Shown here in pieces: positions 50,801 to 64,000 of a stretch of DNA of 64,000 nt. Numbering within the stretch: the first letter of the stretch is position 1; each line of letters starts with the position of its first letter. A model generated the notes under the pieces. It was not told the DNA's origin. It did not search any database and was given only the letters and a program-made list of their open reading frames with translations. Location: contig LSRY02000026.1 in the NCBI GenBank assembly GCA_001643675.2, positions 248,001 to 312,000 of the forward strand, written 5' to 3'. A program made the position numbers and the translations under genes. This DNA is from Monocercomonoides exilis PA203 (lineage: Eukaryota; Protista; Preaxostyla).

Positions 50801-52767
50801 TCTGGTGGATTGATCAATATGACTCTCAATCTGCCTGGAGGGAGACATGCACCTGTGTTTGTCATTGATGGCCCCTTTCTCAACACTGTTCTCAGACTCC
50901 TCCATTCGAATGTCCGATGATGTGTCTTCTCCACTAACACATTCCAGTTCTGCCCCTTCCAGTTCGGCAGGAGTAATATTACTGGTGCTCTCTCCTTCTG
51001 TGCCTTCCGAATCGTCATTGGAATCAGTGGAATTGGGGGGTGTGCCAGAACGCACTCGTTCTTCCATGGATATGCCAGACCGTCTTCTCCCAATGGGCTT
51101 CCTATTCCGCACCAACGCTCGACCTTGTGGTTGTGTTGAGCTGCAAAGGCGTCCAGTGTCGGAGTAACTTGAAGCACCTCCAGAATCTGAGAGAGATCTT
51201 CGTCCGTAATGCTGTAGTCTCCTGCTCTTTCCAGGCGGGATAAGGCATCAGCTCTTGTGTTCTGCAATCCGGGGAGATGAACTGCTTTCAGGACTATTTT
51301 CAATTTCTCCTTCAATGTCCATATCCTTTTGAGTGTCGGGTGAAGATTCCTTCCTGCATTCCATCTGTTCACGTTGAAGACGACTGCCGAATTGTCTGAC
51401 CGAAGTTGTAACTGTGATATACGACTTTCTGATAGGATTGGGGCAAAGCGAGTTAAAGCAAGTTCTACTGCTTTTAATTCTCTGTAGTTGGATGATTGGT
51501 TTTTCACGGAGAATGGAAAACGACTGTGACAATCTAGTGACATTCTGTTTAGTCTGAGGGTTGCTCCCCAGGAGCATTCTGATGCATCGGTGGTTAGAAC
51601 TGCTTCTGGAATAAACACTGGATTTAATTTGCGTCTGGGGTTCTTTCTCAATGTCCATCTCCATCTTCTTATCTGCTGGAGGATTGAAGCATTCAGCCTC
51701 ATCATTCCATCCCATCCGTTTGTTAAAACTCCTTTCTGCAACAATTTGAAGATTGATTGGAGGTGTAAAGATGCGTCTGGCAGAACGAAGCGTGTAGAAC
51801 TGAGCTTTCCCACGAATGATGCTAAGTCCCTCACTCTGATAGTCTTGGCTCTTAAACACCTTCTCTCCCACGAGCGACACAGCTCTCGCACTGCCTTTTT
51901 TCTTTCCTTCGTTAGACACACATCGAAGCTGGTTGTGTTCCATTCGAATCCCAGGAAGCTGAACTGCGAACTCGGTATGAGGTTGCACTTCTTCTTGTTT
52001 ATCAGCAGACCGAGGCTTTCCAAAAATACGATTATCTCCTGTATTATGTTCTTCAAGATTTGCTGATCTTGATGCAGAAAAAGTAGGTCGTCCAAATAGG
52101 CAATGACTCTGACATCCCATCTCCTTCTTATCTCCGCTGTCACCTTCCTCATAATATGCGTGAACAGACGCGGAGCATCCACAAAGCCGAAAGGCATGCC
52201 TTTGAAGGAGTAATCTCTTCCCATGAATCTGAAAGCAAGATAGGGCATTAGCTCCTTTGAGACTGGGATTAAGTAATAAGCTTGTTCCAAGTCTAGGGAT
52301 ACAGCGTAATCCTTCCGTCTTATCAGCCGTTCCACTGTTTTTTCTCCGTCGCACTTGAAATGTGTACTCTTCACCGCTGCATATAGTTTCCGACAATCGA
52401 GAATTTGTCTCCAGCTGCCTGACTTCTTTTGAATGAGGAATGCATTGCTTCTGTATTTCACATCCTTCTGCTCCATCGGGATAACGACTCCTGTTCGTAT
52501 TTGTTCTTCTGATATTTTCTTGAATTTCTTGATCTTTTGTTGGTTGAGAAGCAACGCTCCGTCTCTGAACTGCACTTGGCTGAGAGCTTTCCTGGACTGC
52601 TTGCTCTTCCACATGGCCTGCACTCCTCTACTTATCAATTTCTCTCCTCCGATTCGCTTCCATGCTGAGAGAAACAAAGCGGTTCTCCCTCCAATGTGCC
52701 TCCTCTGCTCTGTTTCCTTGTGAACTGGACCTAAAATTGTTGACGCACCCCTGGTCTCCTGCTCCAA
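50638..52767 (-). CDS. DIRS RT-RNase H-methyltransferase polyprotein (uninterrupted, 709 aa)
   Basis: KKSGSWRQILDCR, LDLEQAY, MPFG, YLDD, TTDAS, SSNYRELKA, RSDN, ADALSR, LDAFA..HN.K, LAHPP. Confidence 0.92.
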   Translation of the reverse strand: MEQETRGASTILGPVHKETEQRRHIGGRTALFLSAWKRIGGEKLISRGVQAMWKSKQSRKALSQVQFRDGALLLNQQKIKKFKKISEEQIRTGVVIPMEQKDVKYRSNAFLIQKKSGSWRQILDCRKLYAAVKSTHFKCDGEKTVERLIRRKDYAVSLDLEQAYYLIPVSKELMPYLAFRFMGRDYSFKGMPFGFVDAPRLFTHIMRKVTAEIRRRWDVRVIAYLDDLLFLHQDQQILKNIIQEIIVFLESLGLLINKKKCNLIPSSQFSFLGFEWNTTSFDVCLTKERKKAVRELCRSWERRCLRAKTIRVRDLASFVGKLSSTRFVLPDASLHLQSIFKLLQKGVLTNGWDGMMRLNASILQQIRRWRWTLRKNPRRKLNPVFIPEAVLTTDASECSWGATLRLNRMSLDCHSRFPFSVKNQSSNYRELKAVELALTRFAPILSESRISQLQLRSDNSAVVFNVNRWNAGRNLHPTLKRIWTLKEKLKIVLKAVHLPGLQNTRADALSRLERAGDYSITDEDLSQILEVLQVTPTLDAFAAQHNHKVERWCGIGSPLGEDGLAYPWKNECVLAHPPIPLIPMTIRKAQKERAPVILLLPNWKGQNWNVLVEKTHHRTFEWRSLRTVLRKGPSMTNTGACLPPGRLRVILINPPERKARAGGEGRWKIDLSQFHWQRSAYRELLSRRGLDIYSASHTLENSGKRVIWA

Positions 52768-53645
52768 CTGCTCTGGTTCCTCCTTCTTCCGAATTGCTGC
52801 CTTCTTGCGAGCGCTGAGGACCGGGGGTATCTCCGAAAAAACCGTGTATTTGTGTGAGAAATGGGATAACTATATCTTCTTTGAAGTGTTCCTGGTTGTT
52901 CTCTTGCAGAAGGCTGAACTCGTATAAGAGGAAATGCTGGTCTTTGGAAACCTCCTTCAAACTTAGCTTCTTGTCTTGCTTCTCTGAGAATCAGTTCCTG
53001 TCTCTCTGTGAGGATTCCCGTTGAAGCGCCTGTACTCATTAATGTGGCAGCCCTGAATCCAAACCTGCCTTGAATTCGAACCGTTCGTGCCTCTTGAAGC
53101 GCCTTGGTAACCAAAATCAAGATGTCAGCCAGTCTTTGCTTTGCACCTTCACTTGAAGTCGGTGTCTCGGCTAAACCTATGAGCGCAGCTTTAATCGCCT
53201 GGAAAAGAAAAATCTCCATTTTGTAACCCGCCTGATCTAACGCATCGTTAATCCAGTTCTTTGTTCTATTGGCAGCGGGTGGTTCAAGAGATTACAACAG
53301 GCTAAAATCCTGTGTTGCATTCTCCACAACAACATCTTGGACAGATATAGTGGAAAGCTTTAGATCAAAAATTGAAAAATTTGGCGCCTTTCCAAAAATG
53401 TCCTCAAACTCCTGACAAATACGTTGAGATATCTCTAAGTCATCTTCGTCTTTCTTTCTGTCATCCGAATGGGTCGCCTCCTGTGCTAAACCTTCCGATG
53501 GAGAAGGTGAAAAAATTGAAGCGGAAGAAAAGATGTTCGGTTGAGATAAGGTCCCTGGTTGGCTTTGCGCCCCACTGTTCTGCATTGCAGCCTCAGCCGA
53601 CGGCGTAAGTCCAACAATCGGAGGGAATTGTGAAGCAGACATCAT
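52731..53645 (-). pseudogene. DIRS gag-like ORF (in-frame TAA at 53292)
   Basis: ORFs 53292-53645 and 52731-53219 are in the same frame; homologous to element A gag. Confidence 0.65.
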
Positions 53646-53889
53646 TGATCAAATGTGGCGACTGACCCATAGATTGTGGCGTCTCTCAAACAAGAGAAGG
53701 AATTGATGAAACACTTTCTTGATAATTAAGGTGCTAATGCACTTTAATTTATTTTTTATTCAAAAAGGCTTTTAAACATGGATATCTTTTCATTAAATGG
53801 GATATTATTCAGGATAAAATACATTTTCATAAGCAAATTATACCCTTATCAAAAAATAAATCTTTAACTCGAAATATTAACTAAAATAT

Positions 53890-54146
53890 GGATGATTATT
53901 TTTGAAATCATATTGTTTCATTTAAAAATTTCGGTGCAAAATATTCCTTAAATATCAAAAAACAAAAATCGAAAAGTGAAAAGGCTTATTGGATGCATTC
54001 TAATCTTTATTTCTATAAAACCATTTATTTTATTAAAACAATTATCATGCTTCTTTTCTATTGAAACAAAAATTTCTTTCGATAAATTTTCAATCTTTGA
54101 AAAATCAAAACACCGAAAAAAGATATGATTTCAAAAATAATCACCC
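53890..54146. mobile_element. MITE with ~24-bp TIRs and ATAT flanks
   Basis: GGATGATTATTTTTGAAATCATAT (53890-53913) versus ATATGATTTCAAAAATAATCACCC (54123-54146), one mismatch; ATAT on both sides. Confidence 0.7.
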
Positions 54147-57100
54147 ATATAAAAAAACATTTCATACAAATACATATATGTTATTTGAAATGTTATTTGG
54201 GTATTTTTTTGTGAAAAGTTACTCCTGATCAAAATCTTCACCCATGGAAGTCAAATTCACAACACTCCATTTTCATCATTTATTAACAATCTGTGTATTT
54301 TTCTATGAATGTTTATTTGATAATGAATTATCAATTCATTCAAAAACATAACTTATTTTCTATATTTTTTAATGTTATTTTATGATCAATTTAAAATTTT
54401 ATTTTCTATTGAAATTGAATTTGTTGATTTGTGGAGTATTTTCTAAAAGAAGAGACATTTAAACGACAAGATGTCTCTTGAAATACATCATAGAAAAACA
54501 ATGAGGTTCTTAACAATTCATATATTTGCAATAATTGTATTTAATTTTGTCAAGGCTATACTGATGACTCGCAATTTCTATCAATGGCTGATAATTATAA
54601 TTTATTTCAGCGAATAACATTTTCAGGAGTTATAAGATTGCAGCCAAGTCTTTCTGCGGAAAAAAATGCATTTTTGAGATTCTTCAATTCTTCAGCTGAA
54701 CTGAACAATTTGGCGCTTGAATGCTTTTCTTCATTATGTGTGCAAATAACAGACAAATCAACACTCACGGTTTATTCATGTATTTCCCACCAAAAATCGT
54801 TATCTCCTTTTCACTTGCAAAGTGGGTCAATAAGCATGGTGAATTTGAGTTTGATCCACCAAAGGAATTTTAACCCTTCAAGCCTCAAATTTTTATCTGA
54901 AGATTCTTATTCAGTAGTTCTGAAAAATTCCATTAAAACAGATCTGACTTGAACATCATCAAACTGTTTATTAGCGTCTGGAAAAACCGAATGCGAACGA
55001 ATTCATGACCATTCCTTTTGAAACATAACCTTGAAATATGAAAAGAATAGTGATTATCAAATTGAGGACCCATTCTGTATGAGATTACTGAAATAGTAGA
55101 AACACAAATCAGTATGTTAGGCATGCCAGTTGGAAATGAGATAACTCAAAATACAAAATTTACCGCAAAATTGATTGATGCTCAAAATGTTCAGCTTCAG
55201 AGAGATAAACTCAATCATATGCATTGGCATAAGCTGAATGGAACATGGTTTTTTGAAACATACTCCACACTCAACAAGTGATCGGAGAAGCGAGACCGAC
55301 CAACATGCTGATTCACTTGAAGTTGGAGGCTGAAGAGAAGACGAATGTTCTTAATGAGAAAAGATGGTGCGCATGTTGCATCGAAGTGCAGAAGAGGTGC
55401 AGAAGCTGTGAAAAAGGAGGAAGTGATTTTAGGGAATTTCAAAGTCTCTTTAAAGAAGGCACGAAATCAAACAGAAAAATTACTTCTACATAGAGAAAGT
55501 CTCATTAAATCCAATACATGCATCCAAAGTTATACGTTCTCCTCGTCAAACATATTCAACATTGACTAACCTTTCTTTTTAATTGTCTCTCTTCTACGAA
55601 ATTTCTCCGGTTATCTCCTCGAAAGCTCAAAATTTCGACAATGAACTTATAATTAACTTCACAAGAAGATAGTCTTGCCAACATACACATGCGCCAATAT
55701 CAATTTCTTCAAAGTTTTAAGAGTACAACTAAATTACAAGTGTTATTTTCACATTCAGAATTTGCTCTTCTTCTTCTTCTCCTTTCGCACACATCTTCGC
55801 CTAACACCCACTTCATCAATGACTGAACCCAAATCCTTTCAAAGCATTTCCTCAGGTCACATATCTCACTCAAAAAGAATTAACATGCATTTTAAACCAA
55901 CTCAAAAAGAAAAGAAATGAAGTGAAATGAAAGCGCCTATTCCAGTGCCATTTTCTCTGCCAGAAGCTCCTCTATCACTTTTTATTATATTACAGTCACA
56001 CCTTTTTCCTCGTCTGCGACTTCAAACTCGTCTTCTCATGCTTTTTTGCCTCTATTTTGCATATTTCCGTAGAGATATTCTTCTTCGCTAGGATAACATA
56101 ATTCAAAAATATTTTTTTTCATTTTTAACATCATAATCATCACCTTCTTCTTCTTCTCCTGAATCATTCACTTGAATATCCCTTGACATCTCCCCCGCCT
56201 TTACCAGCACAGCCTTCAAAGAAGGAGCGCTCCTTGTGGGACTGATGAACTGGAATTACGATAAAGAATCGCAGTTCAATCTGTACAGCTGCTCTTTTCG
56301 CCCATCGACACACTCAACCATTGTTCATCACTTCAACAAACCACTTTGCTCATGGCTCTCGCACTTCGAGTTCTTCAGCCAAAACCTATTCGGTGCGCCG
56401 ATCTTCACACGTCTTATTCCTAACAATCAAAATACAACCTGTCCTCCTTCATGAGTATGTCTCTCTTGTCATCAGGTTTCAGGAAGCTATATTGTTCAGT
56501 ACACAAGTCTCTCAGAACGCCGAGACCGATACCAACTCCATGAGCACTTGGTTCGAATAATGCCAGAATTTGGACTTTTTCCTTTTGAAATATCGCAATT
56601 TCCAAAAGACCTCGAAGTCGCTTATCCTGAGTTGCCTCGCAGCCAAAGTGGAGCAAAGAAGATATGTGCAAGCAAAAAGTTTTCTTCCAGTGTGTTACAC
56701 GATATATCAATTGGCTCGTAAGTCTCCTTGTGTCTGAATACGTTTGGAGCGTTGGTGAAGAAGCTAAACATGCTGAAGGCAAGCAAATCCTAATCTAAAA
56801 ACGAGTTGAGTGGGATGATGAAGGCTCTCGCTCAACAGCCCCCCCCCCCCCCCCGGCTCCCCCACATTTCAGACAGAAGATGCGTTTCAGGAGAACCTGA
56901 AGGCTACGATGACGATTATGATAGACGAAAGAAGGCTGTTTTTGAAGCAAAGGTGGCAGATCAAGCAGAACATGCATGTCATGCAGGTTAATGAAAAGAC
57001 AAACAAAGATGCGATTTCGGCTTTTTTTGCAAAGCTGAAAGAGAAATTGAAGAATGCAGAGAGGGTAATAATGAATGTTCCTCTGACAAACATGCTCTTT

Positions 57101-60100
57101 ACCGTTAGGTCTCATATGGCGATAATTCAGGCTTCCCTCTTTATTGTGGAGAAAAAACAAATGCTTGCGATGAAAAACCACCTGCCTTCGAATGTTTATT
57201 TTGCACTTGGCTCGAAGGCAAAACAAATTCACCACAAACTTTTTCTTCGGATTCACTTTTGATGTCTTCTGCTTCTTCTGCGTCTTCAGCTGGAACATTT
57301 GAAAAAGCGGTGATGATGGGTTCACCAGGTTGTGGGCGATTATCTTCAATTTCTTTTGTTTCTTCTTCTTCTTCTTCTGTCTTAATAAACTCTTTCAATC
57401 AGACCCATCTTCATCGCTTTCAAGATAAAACTGTTCATTTGACATCAATTTATGCAACATCAACAAATTCTTCTTTTCATTTTTATCATCATTCTCATCT
57501 TCCTCACCATCCCCCGATATCAACCACTACGAAGATATCACATCATCCACCTGCTGGACTCCACAATGGAGAAACTGTCAGACATGATGAACTTAATAAC
57601 TTCACAGATATCAATGACGTTGCTGCGCAGTTGTCGACAGAGTGCTTTGAGACAAAAGAATTCTTCTTCTCTGTCTGTGATAAAATGATATTGTTCTCAC
57701 AGTTAAAGAGATATTCACTCGATAAGACGTTTGAGCTCTTTCTCTCGTCATCCAATGAAGGCAATAACAGCAATGATAAAGACGAAGGCAATGATTATCA
57801 CAACTCATTGAACGATCCGTCAATTCCTCTCTTCACACCATTTTTCGAAAAACTGGTTTTGATGAGCAAGCAATTGAACAAAAAAAGATCACGAGAAACG
57901 AATTGCAAAAGCCAGGAGATGCACATGCGCTAACTGATGAAAAGATGCAATTGCAGTTTCAGGTACAAACACAAACAGGAAAACAGATTTAGACACAACA
58001 TCTTGTAATTATTCCTCCTTCCGGAAATAATTTTTTCCTTCTTCTTCGACAGCTGCTGAGCTCGCGTCCTCAGCTAATGCGGCAAAGTTTGTTGTGTCGT
58101 TGATTTTGTTTTCTTAATCTGCATCAACTGCTTCATCAACGTTATATTATTCCTTTTCTTCCTCTGCTCCTCATCGATGTCCCCTTGACGGTGCTCCTTC
58201 TGCAACCTGCCCATCTTCCACTTCTTCTTCTTCTTCCTCTTCTTCTTCTTCTTCTTCCTTCTCCAAATCAATCGGACTGCCCTCTCTCCCCGACTCCTCA
58301 TTTGATGTCAAACCATTCATCCACATATGCGCATGTTCCACATCTTTTCTCACTCCCTCTGAACTTATATATGAAGTTATTCCCAAAGATCCATCTGCTG
58401 CTTCTTCTGCTGCTCTCCTGCTCTCCTGTTGGATACCATCAGGTGGAAAAGAACTGCACACTTCTGGTTCCACTGAATGCTGCTTGTCTGCAACCATCTC
58501 AGCATCAGTTTTCGCAAATCTCAACCTCTTCTTCCTCTTCTTTTACAACCAGCGGAGCCATAGCTTCTTTTCGCTTCCCCTGGTTCTCTTTGATTCTCTT
58601 TACAAACTCTCTGTGCGCTGTTGGATGCCCTCCTTTCTCCTCGTTCTCATCACCTCCCTCTCTCCCTCCATCTTCTTCTCCCTTTTCTTCTCCCTTTTCT
58701 TCTCCCTCCACCTCTTCTCGCTTCTCAAGCACCACCAGTACAATTGCTTCAGACAACAGAACCATATCCTCCATTTTCAGCTCCGCAGCATCCAACCCTT
58801 TCTCAACAATCTCCTCCACTTCACACACTGCGACCCTTAGCACCATCTCTTTCTCGTCCAGCTTCACTACCACACGCCTCAACTGTTGTGATCGCTATAT
58901 CTGCATTGAAGTGACAAACAGATCTTTGATCGATTGGAACGCATTCACATCTGCCGCTACAACGATCCGCTTTCTCTCCGACTTCGTGATCATCTTCGAT
59001 GTGTTAAGCGAATGTTGCTGCGCCACCCGGCTGAATCGAAAGCATCGCAGAAAGCGCCTTCTCGTATCCACACACAGCACACCCATACAAAACTTTCCTT
59101 TATGCTTCAACATATCCCTGCAGAATCAGTTGCATTCTTAGGAACGACTATCTTTGATTTTCTAACATCCCAGCCACAACAGGCAACACAATCCACAGCC
59201 GTCTTTCTATGTTGTTTATCACTGCTGCTGTATATTATGACAATTCATCTGAATCATCCGATGAGTCAATTGCTGGCACAGATGTTGATGATGACTTATT
59301 ATCTTCTTCTATTTTCTTCTCTTTGCTAATCATGTCTGTATGAATCGAGTGTGGAATTAACGTACTGCTCCAGTGAAGAAAATGAAGAAGTTGAAGTGTT
59401 CAGCAGACATCATGACGGAGAATATAGGAAGAAGAAAAGAAGGAAAGGAAATGTTTAAATAAATGTGAAAGAAAATACGGTCACAAGTTGCAAAAGTTGT
59501 GAAGATGAAGAGATATGAGAGACTGCAGAATTTGACACATCTTCAGCAAATATTAACAGGATGCAGAAGTGAAACTGACAGAAGAAAAACAAAAAGAACA
59601 AGAGATGGAAAGAGATGAAGAGTTTCAGATTGAGATAAATATAAAAGCTTCATCTGCAAAGTCATTGGCTAAAGATACTATTTTTCTGATGGGGACAAAG
59701 AATGCATATCATGAAGATTTCTTCAAGAAAAGAAAGATACCAAAAAGAAACAGAAAATTATTGTATATTTGATAAATCTATAAATAACGCAAAGGAAAAC
59801 ATAAAATATTTGAGGTCAAAGAATAAGAAAAAGACGTCATAAAAATAATGCAGATGAGACTGAAAGAGATAACAGAAAAGAAGAAAAGGAAAAAGAGAAC
59901 GATGAAGTTTTGGAATAAAAAGCAAATAAATAAATCAAAATCGAGAAAGAAATTTTATTGGACCAAAATGAAAGAGAGATGTGGTACAGCAGGAGAGATT
60001 CCGCTCGAAATGGAAAAAGAGCAAAATGAAAAGTGGCATATGAAAAAAGATCTGATCTAGAGGATTGCTGTACTGAAGATTGAGGAAATCACATTCGATG

Positions 60101-60502
60101 GAGATGTGATCAATGAGAAAATGAAACGCGTTCTGGATGTGAAAGACGAGAATCTCAACGTTGAACAGAAAAAAGCCAGGAACAAACGAAGGCATGCAGC
60201 AAGCGAGAGAATAGGGGAATAAAAAATGACTCAAGCAGATTTTAAAAAAATAATAAAAAATATGAACATGTGAATTCCTGAACGAATTTAACATTTGAGA
60301 CTTTTGAATGAGTATAATCAATTTTAAATTTTCAAAATGTGAAACATTAACTGGTTCTTCTTGAATCAGTTGTTTCGAATGAGATTCAAAAAGTGTTTGT
60401 TTTTTCATTTCTTTAATCATTTGAATGTCATTCGTTAAGCTTATAAAGGGATCGATCTTTCTGTGAAAGATATTTTCAACGTTAAAGACAGAAAACACAC
60501 AA

Positions 60503-63500
60503 ATGCAAGCAAAACAATATACTCTGAGCAAGTGGTCCAGAAAGCTGTGGGAATATGCCACCTCCATTTCTGGAGATTACACTTTCGAGTTATTTGACTA
60601 TTTCATTTTTTCATTTCGAAAAATGAAGGAAATCAAAGATTCGTTATATAAAAAATCAAATGGTGTGTAGAACATTTCGTAAATAATAGAAATCTTAACG
60701 TTTAACTCTTTTTAATGTATACTTGTTTTATTTAACAGATCAACTTGATGGAGTGATGAATTCTTTGAGAACATTATTTCCAAAGCTTCAGAGTAAAATG
60801 CAAGTTGAATTACTTAAAAATCTGAGCACTTACTGTTCTTTTTCTCAATTGAGAGATCACCATTTTGATATTTCACAGGGACAATTCAATTACGCAAAAT
60901 ATGGATCACTCCTTTATTATTTGGATGAGGAGAGTGATCGTGAAGATAGAAGATGCAAAAAAAGGCGTTATCTCGATAATGAATCACTTGAAAAAGTGAA
61001 TAGATTTTTGCTTGAAAACATATATAAATCCTCAGAGCTCCATAAAATAAAAAATAAATTCAAAAATATTTCGTTGACTCTGAAGAAATGTGTTTTTTTA
61101 TTTTCGGTTATTTATTTTGTTATTTATTTTTCAAAAAAAAATCTTGACAATGATGATGGTTCTTTCTTTTTGAGCGAAAATCATCTTTTCTCAGGTATTG
61201 ATGGCCAAAAAAATGAATATTCCAACGAAAGATATTAAAATTTCGATGAATCAACTCAGTTATCTGTTCCACACGTTCCACAATTGATTGCAAATGTAAG
61301 AAAAACTCCTGTATTTGATCCTTGTTCACCATCGAAACCAGTTGGCTTGAAAAATTTAGGAAACAGCTGTTACTTAGCTGCAGCAATGCAAATGTTTGCA
61401 TCAATGAATAAATTCCATTCGAGGGAATTTCAGATAGAAACGAAAGATATTCTTTCTTCAACAATCATCAACATTTGCAAATCAATTAATGATCAACAGG
61501 AGAATATTGAATCTTACTGGAACGAAGAGTTCTACGAAAAATGGAACAATGAAAATGATATTTCAAAAATGGAGGAGCACGAATCGGATGATGCAATAGA
61601 ATGGTTACTGAAAATAATTCGTAAACAATCTCCTACTGCAATGAACAATTTGGGTTGTCATTCAACAGATAATATCATTTGCCAAATGTGCGGATATGCA
61701 TCTTTTGAAATGCCACAAAAAGTTGATATTATCATTCTGCAAGGTCATTCAATTGAACATTCGTTGAACGAGTTTCAAATCCTTCAATCTCAAAGAAAGA
61801 ACGAAGAATTGAGCTGTCCATTATGCAGATCGATAGGTGGAGTGATTCATCAAACTCAATATGCAAACAACTCATATTTCTTGTTATTTCGATGTGAGAA
61901 TAATTTTATTTCAACAAATGAACATAATGAAAAAGCCGCTGGATTGAACAGATCATTATGGATGATTGAAGTTTCAAAAAACATACAATTAACTGATCAA
62001 TATTCAACTCAGAAAGAGAAATACAATTTTCTTTCCATAATTTTGTTCAATCCAACTGTCCATCATTACATTTGTGTAACTATATCAGATATTGAACATA
62101 TCGAAAACAACAATGAATGCAATTTTCGTTGGAAAATTTGCAACGATGAAAATGTGGAAGTGGTTAATGATCTTGAAGAAAAAAGCAAATATGAATGGTT
62201 GTGCTCAAACGGATGGAAAACAAGTTTTCTGTGTTATGCAAAAAGTTCATTTATTCAAATGGAAACTCAAAGACAATTTGGTTATCTCGATTCTTCTTTT
62301 GATCACTTCAGCAATGATTCAAATATTTCAAACAATGAACCTGAAAACGATATTAATGATTCTTTGTTTTGTGGAGGAGTTAACAGAACAACTTATAAAA
62401 CGAAAAAACAAATTCACAGTGAATTGGTTCAGAAAACAGGAATCAAAATGTCCTACTCATATTTCTGAAAGAAAACACATGGTGTCATCACAAAACCTAG
62501 AAACAGAATTGACTTATGCTCCATTTGCGAAAGAGCAAGATATTTACAGAAAATTTCTCAAAATAGACAACTCAGTGATCAGGAAAATCAAGAGCTGCAA
62601 TCCATTTCAGAGCATAAAAAATGGGCTGAATGCCAAAAACAATTTTTTGTTGATTCAAAGAGCAAACTAAAAAACGGAGATCTTCTTTTGCTGCTAGACT
62701 TCAAAGAGAATTGGAAGCTTCCGCTTTCAAGAAAAGAAGTCAGTAAAGATTTTTACACAAAAAAGCAAGTGTCAGACCTGTGCATTATTTCATACTCAAA
62801 ACAAAATGATTCACTTCATAAAACATGTCATCACTTCATTTCGGACTGTTTAACTCATGATTTCAGATACGTTATTGAATGCTTGAACGTAGTTATAGAA
62901 AAACATATATCAGAATCACACCCACTTCAATCAACTTTGACAGTTTTTTCGGACTCTGGTCCTCACTTCAAAAATAAATACTTTTTAAGTAATTTTCGAA
63001 GTGACAGTCAAAATGTTCAACAATTTTCATCGATATTTGTTAATTATTTCACGGAGCAGCATGGTAAATCGGAATGCGATGGAGAGTTTGGATCAATTTC
63101 ATCAAAATTATCAACAACAAGCTAAGAAACTGGAAGCAATGCTTCATCATTTTGTGCCTTTCTAAAACAAATATTTGATTCTTCAATTCAAAGCACCTTA
63201 AATGAGAAAATAAATAGACAGTTTCACTTGTGTGTTTCACTTTTTTTCATTATATTTCGTTGAAGTTATATGTTTTTTTTATTTTGGCTTCAGATACATC
63301 CCGTCAAATAAAAAAACTTGGTATTGGCTGAAAATTCCATCTATGATGATTTATTTATCTTTCAAAAAACAAAACGGTCATATTTTCACAGCATCTCATT
63401 CGCAATTGTTGGAAGACAAATGGAAAATCGTCAGTGATTGCAAAAGTGGAAAAGAAAAAATAGTGGGAGAAAGAAAGAAATTTTCAGGAGCAAATGCAGA

Positions 63501-63573
63501 TCATTCAAACAACATGCCCATCAAAGACCTAACATTATCTCGAATAAATCAAAGAATGCCAATAGAAAAATAA
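60503..63573 (+). pseudogene. Third, highly divergent USP-transposase gene
   Basis: N-terminus SRKLWEY..SGD and VELLKNLS..SFSQLRDHHFDISQGQFNYAK align to copy 1. USP motifs GLKNLGNSCYLAA, CQMC, CPLC, HHYIC, WKICNDE. Transposase motifs DLCSIC..H, LDFKENWKLP, SDSGPHFKN, EQHGKSECDGEFG. Introns 60663-60738 and 63230-63293; in-frame stops at 62466 and 63123; frameshift near 60610. Confidence 0.88.
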
Positions 63574-64000
63574 ACAACCTTTTCATTTTAGAAGGAAATT
63601 GCATCAAACGATTGTTCATTCCCAAATCAAAGCATTCAATTTGAAAAGAAAAAAGAGACCGTAAAAGCACGTTTCAAAAATGATTCACATATTATTCACC
63701 ACACGCGAAGGAATACTTCAAACATCGATGAGGATTTGATGATTATTGAAATAAATGAAATAAGAAATAAAAAAAGAAACAATGTTTTTATTCAGAAATG
63801 GATAATCGTTCAAACAAACGAAAAGATTTAAAGTTTCAATTGAGTATTTTGTTGCTCAAATTAGTTAGAATAATGAGTTTATTGTTTTTGAACCGTTACC
63901 ACAATTGATAATTCAATTGTCAATATAATGACTATCTTTTTCAACTGTTATGATTTTAAGATCTTAGGCACTTTTCAATTTTGGTTGATATTTCCTTATT

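Larger units (their letters stand above)
49160..53749 (-). mobile_element. DIRS1-like retrotransposon B, structurally complete
   Basis: Left ITR 53651-53749, inverted right ITR 49160-49230 with extension, ICR 49366-49466 complementary to both outer ends; gag, RT-RH-MT and YR ORFs. Confidence 0.95.

Noticed and set aside
19895-63125. Many in-frame TAA/TAG stops, suggesting the TAR=Gln code known from some oxymonads
   Set aside because: Stops align to Lys (TGG TAA vs TGG AAA), Leu (DG*A vs DGLA) and Ile/Arg positions in paralogs, TGA stops and frameshifts also occur, and the intact gene ends in TAA. Ordinary decay explains them.
60250-64000. TIRs around the third copy
   Set aside because: No inverted match found by eye between upstream and downstream flanks; they may be decayed or lie outside the window.

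Overview
AT-rich, intron-containing eukaryotic DNA made mostly of transposons and decayed multigene-family copies. The gene families (beta-helix-like surface proteins with GGAI/GRDVY motifs, a tyrosine-kinase-like C-lobe, DIRS elements) suggest an oxymonad such as Monocercomonoides; this is inference. The main feature is a DNA transposon family with three copies: one intact (1773-5710), one truncated (18338-19957) and one highly divergent (60503-63573). Its spliced gene encodes a Sola-like DDD transposase with a catalytically complete ubiquitin-specific protease (USP, peptidase C19) domain inserted in the middle. The intact copy lies between perfect inverted repeats of at least 947 bp and has a compact, strongly base-paired RNA-like element just after its stop codon. 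The window also holds a Merlin element with an 8-bp TSD inserted into a host exon, two divergent DIRS1-type retrotransposons (RT-RNaseH-methyltransferase plus a tyrosine recombinase with a non-canonical Y-x-I-K motif), a Harbinger/ISL2EU relic, a MITE, and several long microsatellites. All family assignments come from motif recognition by eye; no searches were run.
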